From assembly GCA_951406725.2 (NCBI GenBank), contig OX597830.1, positions 3,782,001 through 3,846,000 on the forward strand: a stretch of DNA of 64,000 nt, read 5' to 3'. The translations under genes were made by a program, and so were the position numbers. This DNA comes from Octopus vulgaris (lineage: Eukaryota). Shown here piece by piece: positions 54,773 to 64,000 of the stretch (position 1 is the first letter of the stretch; every line of letters starts with the position of its first letter). Below the pieces are notes generated by a model. The model was not told the DNA's origin, did no database searches, and saw only the letters and a list, made by a program, of their open reading frames with translations.

Positions 54773-55224
54773 TAACGATAGTCACTGTGGTTTGAACAAT
54801 TAGCTTTACGTCCACCCCACTGCTATAGAGAAATTCTTTCCTAAGCCTTCGAACATTCTTTCAATCAACGTGCCCTTCCCTCTCCACTTGTTCCCTACAT
54901 ATTATTCCTTTATACCTTCTCTTCCTACTATCTATCTTTGACGTCTGTCTCTCTCTCACACACACAATCACACACAGACACAAATACAGTTATACACACA
55001 CACAAACACACGCACTCATTAACACAAGCACACACCCACACATTTCCATGCATACAGCAAACATACTGTTCCCTACCTATTATTACTTTATCCCTTCTCT
55101 TCCTACTATCTATTTTTGACGTCAATTTTTCTAACAGTTTAAAAAAAAAAACACTCATTATCGCTTCGTTTACCATGTAGGCAATCATCGAAATTTTTGT
55201 TTGTCTTGTTGTCGAGAGAGGCTC

Positions 55225-55317
55225 CCTTTCTTTCCTGATGAGAATATTGCATAATGCACCCTTTATTCCTTTGGAATGAAAACGTGCTGTCTTCGAAACA
55301 TGTGTCGAGAGTAAAGG
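55225..55317 (+). ncRNA. Type I hammerhead ribozyme
   Basis: Stem I CCTTT-CTTTC/GAGAG-t-AAAGG; CTGATGA at 55235; stem II GAA...TTC with a long insert; GAAA at 55295; C-ATGT-G; GUC site at 55304-55306. Confidence 0.8.
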
Positions 55318-55513
55318 AATTTTGTTAACATCTTAGTTCGACTCCATTCTTTCATTTATTCATATACAACACACAAATTTCTGCACATGAACCCGGAGTT
55401 TCTACCCTTGACAGGTCGCTTCAACCGTGTTTTCTGACGTGAATATGCTACCCAGGCTTCGGTTAAACGAATTTTCCATGCTGACGATAAACATAGGCTA
55501 ATTCATTCACCGA

Positions 55514-55561
<48 letters not shown>

Positions 55562-56619
55562 TACATATATGCATGTATTTATGTAGATATATATGTATGT
55601 ATGTGTGTATATATGTTTGTGTGCCCGTGTTTGTCCCCCCAGCATTGCTTGACAACCGATGCTGGTGTGTTTACATCCCTGTAATAAGTCCTGGGGTCGA
55701 TTTGATTGACTAAAGGCAGTGCTCCAGCATGGCCACAGTCAAATGGCTGAAGCAAGTAAAAGAGTATGTATATGCATACACATATATCTTGATAGATACA
55801 TAGACAAATACAAGCACATGCACATATACACACTGTATGTCTGAGTGTATTTTCTTGCTAGGAACACAGCGTCTAATATTTGTTTGCAATGGAAGTGTAT
55901 TATTTATTTCATATGTGTCTTGTTGTATCTGTGTGTATATGTGTATGCATGCGTGTGTGTGTGTGTGTGTGTAATTCTGTGCTCATGAGTGTCTGTGCAT
56001 GTATATGATTTGCGTATGTGTGAATTATTAAGAGAATAAATAAAAAAAAATCACAAAGTTGAAGAATATGGAGAAAATAGCCAGTGGAAAAGAGACTGTG
56101 TGAAAAAAAAATGGTAAATGCTTCAAGATGTTGTGAAGTTTGTTGGAACTGTTTGACTGGTGAATAGACAGAGTAAAGAAGTAGCAGCCATGAGAAATTG
56201 TATTTCAAGATGATTGATTTTGAATATCTGCTTAAGTAAGATCTGCTGCCTGTGTCACAAAGATGCTGAAGCAATAATTAATAACTTGATATTCCATGTA
56301 CACATTTACATAGTCAAAATTGTTGAAGGCATTGTAGTATGAAGAACTTTGAACCAAATTCTTGCCAATATTAGTAAAATTGTACTATTTTTACTTTAGT
56401 TGCAATTTTCTGCTTTAAATGTCTGAGATGAGTTGTTGAAGTTGGCATTTTTCTGGCTCTTAAGATTCTGGGTTCAAATTTAACCAATGTTAGCTTTGCT
56501 CCTCATCCTTTTCAGTCTGATAAAATAAATAGCAGTGGCACTGGTGTTATTAACTAACTTCCTCTTTCAAAAAACATTGCTGGCTTTGTGCCAAATTCAA
56601 AACCAGTTTCATTATTATT

Positions 56620-56660
<41 letters not shown>

Positions 56661-58274
56661 CGTTATTATTACTATTTAGAAGGTACTGAACTGGCAGAAT
56701 CATTAGAGCATGAGACAAAATGGTTAGCACCACTTCTTTTTGCTTATAACATTCTGAGTTCAAATTCTACCAAGATTAGCTTAGGTTTACATCTAGAAGT
56801 TGGTAGGGAATATAATTTTTGTATGACTGAATGAATTAGTCACTGTGTAATTATATAATTTGGAGTTGGTTGTAATTTACTTATTGAATTGATTTACAGA
56901 TACAGTTGTTCTTAGGGTAAATGTGTGTGAAAATTGTGGTTTTTTTTGGTATGTTTGTTCCCAAACAACACTTATTTTAGTGCTGTTGACACCACCGGAT
57001 TGAATGGTACTTCCCAGGTGTCAAAACCATAATGATATCCGTAGGGCAGCTGATGATGGAGGTATTTTGGATTGTGGGTATGGCTGTTTTTGTATATGTG
57101 GAAAAGTGTTATAACACATCCTTTTGATAAAATAAACACAAGTCAGGTACTGGGGTTGATGTCATAAAATGGCCCCTGTCCCTTAAAATTGCTAGCTTTG
57201 TGTCAAAATTAGAATTATTGTTATTTGGGGCTTTAAAGAGAAAATCATCATCATTGTACATCATCCTTTTGTTGTTGGCATGGGTGGATGATTCTATGTT
57301 CAGCTACTCGTCTTGACACTGGCCCTTTTAATCACCCCTTACAACATGAAGAAATGCATGTATATGACATACTGTGAAAGAGTCACAAATGGTATTTATT
57401 ATGATAAAATACATTAAGCAGTAAGGTGGCTGAATTGTTAGAATGCAGGACAAAATGCTTAGTCTTTATGTTCTGAGTTCAAATTCTACCAAGATCAACT
57501 TTGCCTTTCATCCAGTTGAGGTCAATGAAATAAATACCAGTTATGCACTGAGGTTGATTTAACTGACTTGCCCCATCCCCTACAAAATTTCAGGCATTTG
57601 TAATCTATAGGAAATCACAATGGTTTCAATATATTTTTTATATATTGAAAGACTACATTGATTTGCAATAGTCTCTCTTTTAATTGGATCATTTTCTGTT
57701 CCATGTTTTAATCTTATTTTTTAAGACATTATTGCACTCCACCATGACTGACTATTAGCCCCTAAAGCTTTTTTTATTCTCTCTCTGTTTATTTTCTGTA
57801 TTCCTTTCTTTTAAAGAGGTTAGCCTGGAAATGTGAAAGACTTTCTCACCTTCCTGAGTGTTAAACTGATACACCTGTTTGTTGTTTATACACCTGTCTT
57901 TGTCTTTTGTTTTTCTGTAAATTCCAACTATATATATACATACATTCATACATATATATCCATATATATGAGTGTTACACACATGATTGTGAGATAAGAG
58001 TTTCAGTTCCCAGATCAAGTGTTGAGTTATGTTCTAGAGCAAAACATTTCATTTCATGTTGCTCTGCCATCATTTCAGCATCTGACATGTGGCATATGAC
58101 ATGTGGCATGTCATGCACCTGTGCAGTTAATGTCAATTTGATGGTGGGGAATGGGCTTATGTGCAACACAAGCATTTGATCCCAATCAACAAGACATCTG
58201 TCTGGTTGTTCAGCAAGAAATTTCAGAACCTTCATGTCGTCTAATGGCAGTAGAGACCATGATAAATACATACA

Positions 58275-58309
<35 letters not shown>

Positions 58310-58311
<2 letters not shown>

Positions 58312-59320
58312 CACTACCAGAACTAGAGAAGTTTCTGGTGTGGAAAAGGGTCTAGAATTGATGGGCCTTAGAGTTAACCTTGCAAAAACCAAAAAGAAGT
58401 AGGAAAGCCGACAAATCAGAAATCCCTTCAAGTAGATGGCCCAGATCAGTCTGTAGAAAAGGTGTAGACAGAAATTCCATAAGCTGTACCTTGTGTAAGC
58501 TATAGACACATAAATGATGCAGCAATATCAGAGCAAAGTTAACAAGGAAAATAGGTTTTATGTGTGGAAGGTGCACAGGTACAATTAACACTAAAAATGT
58601 ACAGAAAATAGATTTCATCACATGCCAGTAGGGAAAACTATAAGTAGATGATAGCTTTTGTTATCTAAGTGAACAGGTCAGTAATGGGAGGCAGGGTGGA
58701 TGCCCCGAGAGCATAGCTGCTAGAATGAGAATAGGCTGGGCCAAGTTCAGAGAGCTCCTGCCTCTGCTGGTAATAAAAGGCCCTCTTTTTCAGAGTGAAA
58801 GGCAGACTGTATGATGCCTGTGTACAAACAGCCATGCTACATGGTAGTGAAACATGGGTTGTGACTGCCAAGGAGATGCGTAGGCTTGAAGGAAATGAGA
58901 CTAGTATGCTTTGCTGGATGTCTAATGTCAATGTACATGCACAACAGAGTGTAAATAACCTGAGAGAAAAGCTGGGCATAAGAAGCATCAGATGTGGTGT
59001 GCAAGAGAGACAACTGCACTGGTATGGTCATGTGATGTGTATGGACTAGGACTGCTGTGTCAAGAAGTTTCACACTCTAATGGTGGGGGGAACATGTGGA
59101 AGAAGGAGACCAAGGAAGATATGGGAGAAAGTGATGACACGCGATCTTCAAACGTTGGGCCTCACAGAGGCAATGACAAGTGACCGAGACCTTTGGTGAT
59201 ATGCCAAGCTTGAGAAGACCCGTTAAGCTAAGTGGGTCTGTAGTTGTGGCTGACGCCAGTGTCGTGTAATTGGCCTGTTAAAAGCACCCTTCAACTGCTG
59301 TGCTTGTGAAGACCTCCGTC
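58310..59320 (+). mobile_element. RTE-clade LINE 3' fragment, degenerate
   Basis: GLRVNLAKTK, ARMRIGWAKFRELLPLL, KGRLYDACVQTAMLHGSETW and QLHWYGHV are typical RTE ORF2 C-terminal motifs; many stops and frameshifts. Confidence 0.85.
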
Positions 59321-61199
59321 CTTAGTCTGATGCTTTTCTGTGCCAACTCACAGCTTTCTTGCCATATTAATATCTTTTTAGCATTTTTAATACACTATCC
59401 ACTAGACAAGTTAACACTAAATAAACTCTTGTTTTCATGCAGCTAAGTCCCTAAATTATTTGCTTTCGACACAGTAATGGCTGGAAAAGGGAATCACTCA
59501 CAAAATTCCTTTAACTAGAAATGGGGAAAGCCTGAATGTGAGATTAACACTCACTTCTCATAGAAAAAATAATATGGTATTGGAACCATCCACTGACAGA
59601 CTGATTGATGTCCAGTGCAATAAGGAATAGAAATAAGGGAAGAAAACATATCCATCACCATTTCTGCAGACATAGAAAAGGTTATGTTTTACTGATGAGC
59701 ACAGAATAAGATCAAAACATATTCAGTTTTCTCCCAAATTTGCTGTAAAATTTAAAGTAACTCTAGTCACTGTTAAGTCTTGGTGTTTTCTTAGTGTCTA
59801 GACTCCTTTACTTTCTAATGCAATAATTCAGTTATAATGAGAAAATATTTTTAACTCTTGTCCTGACATTAAATATTTTACCGTCTGTATCTTCATAATT
59901 CTGCTGCAAACAACTGTGGCAAATCAGATTCATGAATTCCCAGAATCAAAAGACATAACCATGTTAGTCATTAAATATATGTCATAAATATTTTAGACAT
60001 TACCATAGATTGATATCTAATGTGCACATTTACATAATGCATGTGTCATATGTGTGTGTGTGTATTAGATATCATAATTTATAGCATCATTTTAGCATCC
60101 ACTTTTTACTCTTGCACAAATCAGATGGAAATTTGTTGAAGTGGATCTTTCTACAACCTGATGACCCCCCCCCCCCCCTGCCACCCCCCATTTCAAACTA
60201 AGGTAATATTTTCCCCATGATCAGACATGTTTTTATGGAAAATTGGAAATAGTGACATGATACTTAGGCACAGAAAAAAAGAGTTTTGGGAGGGTTTGTG
60301 CATGTGTGTGTATGTGTGGAACTCTAAACAAGACTCCCGCCTACAGAACTATTCTACTTAAGAAGTAAGATTAGGAGAATTCCAAAATATTGGTAGAGAT
60401 TTCACATGGGATCTGAAGAATTATCTGCAACTCAAAAGGTGAGAGAGTGCTTGTTTCATCTGTCTTTCTCCATTAAAGATTTTTATGCTAAAGTATTGAC
60501 TTCAATGACAACATTACCTCCATAGACACAAACACTAATTAATTAGTTCATTAGCATACTGCTACTCATTCTGTAAACATTGTCTACATATAGTGCTTTC
60601 TTACGAAATATCTATATTTCCTGTTGACTATTTTCCAAAACCATTCTTACAATACTTCTGTTTATCATTTCATATTAACTCCATTTTAGTTTTATGTTTA
60701 TCTATCTGCAGTTCCTACTTTGGTATATCTCTATTCTTGTGTAAAGAGGGGTCTTCTGAACCTGCATTAATATTGCCAAATGCCGATCTAGCACTCTCTC
60801 GTTCTCTAGAAACACTTTACTACACCTCTAGCTCCTCCTCCTCCTCCTCCTCTCATGGTTACAACTGTAGCTAGAGTTACACTTAGTGATTCTCCAACTT
60901 TTGTATTCCATCATTTTGAAGCAACATTATATTCCGAAACTTCTTTTTCTCTATTCACTTCAAATGCATTTTGTCATTTGTGGATGAATGTATATATTTA
61001 TAGACATGTATACACATATGCATGTGTGTGTGTGTAAATGTAAGTGTAAATGTGTGTGTGTGTATGCACGCTTCTTTCTGTTGTTCTGTTTTCTTTTACT
61101 GTTCAATATCATTTACCTGACACTTATGATGTGCTGTGTATTATTAAAAAGACAAAATATACATACAGGCATACAACTAAACAAACATACATACATGCA

Positions 61200-61293
61200 T
61201 ATATGTATATATATATATATATATGTCTGTCTGTCTATCTATCTATCTATCTATATATCTATTTATCAATCTATCTATCTATTTATCTATCTA

Positions 61294-61326
<33 letters not shown>

Positions 61327-61375
61327 ACATATATATCTCTATATCTATATCTATATATGTATCTATATATCTATA

Positions 61376-61423
<48 letters not shown>

Positions 61424-61457
61424 AATACATCTATTTATCTGCCTATCTATCTATCTA

Positions 61458-61510
<53 letters not shown>
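61200..61510. repeat. (CTAT)n/(TA)n compound microsatellite
   Basis: Directly visible. Confidence 0.92.
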
Positions 61511-61511
<1 letters not shown>

Positions 61512-62257
61512 CAGACACATAAATGCAACATATTAGATTCAAGTGCAGTTAGATCTTTAATGCATTGCCCTCTTAGTACTGAATTTAGGTTTCCTTATCC
61601 TTTTCACATTGTTTCTTGTCGAGACATTTTTGAATATAGCTGTTTTCAGATGAGACCAAAGGTTAAAGAAAAACCATTCACCCTCTTACCCATTCCCTTT
61701 ACTTATTTATTGTCTGCTAGTATCAAAAGAAAATAAAAACAACTTCTTTTACCATTTCATTGATTCAGCAGAATATCTCCCTACCAAAAGACCCTTGGGT
61801 TCCTTCGGTATTGTATGCTTCAAGGCTTCAGGTATAACTAGATGAACAAGTTTTTGTTTCTCATCTCAGTTATGACCTAAATAATCTTCCATAATCATAC
61901 ACACACTAAAATTAATTCTTGTTTTTTGCTTGGAGTGATAAACCAACGTAGCAGAACATATATTTAGAGAATATAAAATCTATTTATGAAAGTGGATTTA
62001 TTTGTGAGAGGTGAAAAGGGAGCATGAGTAAATCATCAGAGCAGTATGAAGAAGATATTTCAGAAAATATCTACGTTTGTTTGTTTCTGTTTTGACTAAA
62101 ATTTACAGAGGAGCAAAAGTTTTAAATTGTTCAATGAAATTAGTTAAACCATGAGCTACCAGTGAGATGGATGGAAGGAAGTTGTGTCTGATGGTCTGGC
62201 TTGCAAACACACTTGGTAAAAAGAATTTCTTCCTCATGAATACTTTTGAAATTATTT

Positions 62258-62278
62258 TGTTGCTGCTGCTGCTGCTGC

Positions 62279-62334
<56 letters not shown>

Positions 62335-62347
62335 CTGCTGCTGCTGC

Positions 62348-62390
<43 letters not shown>
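62258..62390. repeat. (TTG/CTG)n microsatellite
   Basis: Directly visible. Confidence 0.95.
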
Positions 62391-62929
62391 AGGGAGGAAG
62401 GTGAGGATACTATGGGGTCAAGAAAATAATGATAGACTTGTGAAAAGTAACAAAGAAAGAAGAGGCAGAAATGGGAAAATATAAACCAAAAAAATATTAG
62501 TGAAATGGAAGAAAAAGTTCTTGTGTTGCCTTTTGGGAATGAAAGATATAACAAGGAAGGAAAACAAATACTGTGGTTTCAGGGGATGAGCTTTTATAAA
62601 AGACACACACACACACAGGCTTCTTACCACACAGCCACTATATGTTGCAGGCATTGTATACACAAACATGCATACAGACACACTCACTCTCACATGCACA
62701 AACTGTCATAAGCAAACACAAACACACATTTATTTACAATGAAAAAGAAAAAATAAGGAATTGGAGAAATTGTCAATAGAGAAAACGTTTTAGAAAGTAC
62801 AACAAAAATATAATTGAAATGGTAAGTATGAATAATTGGGGTGGGTGGGTAGAATAGACAGATTAGTGTCAAGAAATATGCACACACACAAACATACACA
62901 CATGCATATAAATATATATATACACACAT

Positions 62930-62976
<47 letters not shown>

Positions 62977-63131
62977 TATATTTATATATATATATATATA
63001 CATATATATACACACACACATACACACATATATATATAAATAAATAATTGAGATTCAGATGAATTAGGTACATAAGTTGAAGCACCAAATCAGTGTGGTA
63101 TTGTCTGTAAAACTCAAAGTAAGGTGAATAA

Positions 63132-63419
63132 AATCAAAATAAGCAACAGGATATCAAGAGGTGATGCAGTACGACCGTTTCAAGTGGCTCCATTTAATTG
63201 AACAATGCAATCATTACATCAATTTAAATGCAGGGCTATCCTCAGCTGCATAAATAAATAAAGAGAAGTTTTAATGTGTCCTGCTGATTAAAAATTTTAT
63301 TTATCTAATTATGCAGCTGAGGATAGCCCAGCATTTGAATTGATGCATTTGTTCAATTAAATGGAGCCGCTTGAAACGATCATACTGCATCATCTCTTGA
63401 TATCCTGTTGCTTATTTTG

Positions 63420-63422
<3 letters not shown>
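63132..63422. mobile_element. Penelope-like pLTR fragment forming a ~120-bp inverted repeat with hammerheads
   Basis: Arms ~63132-63253 and ~63309-63422. ATGCAG-CTGAGGA...GAAA-CGATCa-TA-CTGCAT at 63311-63390 (+), with the mirror at 63164-63251 (-). Confidence 0.75.
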
Positions 63423-63459
<37 letters not shown>

Positions 63460-64000
63460 TGGCAACACTGGTACTCAGGTTGTTCAGGCTTAGCTCCAAG
63501 TATAAATTTATTAAAGTGAATGTGTAATTGCAGGCTGATTTAATTTCTGCCAACACTGACTTGAAGTATGTAATTCCAGCCAATGACTCAGGCTCCCTTT
63601 ATTGAACCTGGTAGCAGTTCATTTATTTTTGTTCAGCTTCTGGCAGTGGTCTTAGAGATGCTCTGTCTCAAAAAATACCATTTGTAGCAAACTTTCTCTC
63701 GATATTGTTCACACATGCCTGACTTGGGCTCAAAAGTTACAGCCCAAGTTGTTATCTATAATTGTAAAAATTAAAAGTAATTCAAATTCAAAATTTTTTT
63801 GAAACAATAAATTTCTGTGAAGATTAAGATTTAAATTCCAATGTATGCAAAGTTTTCTGTCTACAAAAATCTTAAAGGAATGAAAAATTATCCAGCATCT
63901 TGGGCTAATACGAATGAGCCTAGGTGTAAAAGAGTAACTGGCATCTCTTGTCCAAGATGACAGGCGATGGTCAGATCGCTGGTGTTTGTTGTGCACTTTG

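Larger units (their letters stand above)
54152..55515 (+). mobile_element. Penelope-like retroelement 3' fragment with inverted 5' duplication
   Basis: 329-bp palindromic arms centred at 54480/54481 encode an endonuclease C-terminus; the + arm continues into a UTR with a hammerhead at 55225-55317; (TA)n on both sides. Confidence 0.85.

Overview
Eukaryotic, AT-rich, repeat-dominated DNA, most likely an octopus/coleoid intron or intergenic region; this is inferred from tRNA-headed SINE families I recognise and from very long (TA)n tracts. No host gene is firmly supported: there is one plausible 69-nt exon, and nearly all ORFs in the track are microsatellite read-throughs or antisense shadows of LINEs. 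Positions 2.3-32.3 kb hold seven CR1/L2-group LINE copies (APE + RT) from about four subfamilies, almost all embedded in (TA)n. The longest copies show an ORF1 with a CCCH-type zinc finger, a conserved ORF1 stem-loop, an ORF1/ORF2 overlap and a covarying 3' hairpin shared with a local SINE. The most striking unannotated signal is a dispersed Penelope-like/retrozyme-like system: about 15 type I hammerhead ribozyme motifs (several decayed) from at least 7 unrelated sequence families. Five of these families form long fold-back inverted repeats with the same polarity; one is a ~560-nt tandem/circularly permuted non-coding monomer, and one carries a Penelope-type endonuclease C-terminus. A further motif sits behind a tRNA-like Pol III head, making a SINE with a ribozyme. 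Non-autonomous Helitron-like elements, RTE fragments and many SINEs are also present. All structures were read by eye; none has been computed or tested.
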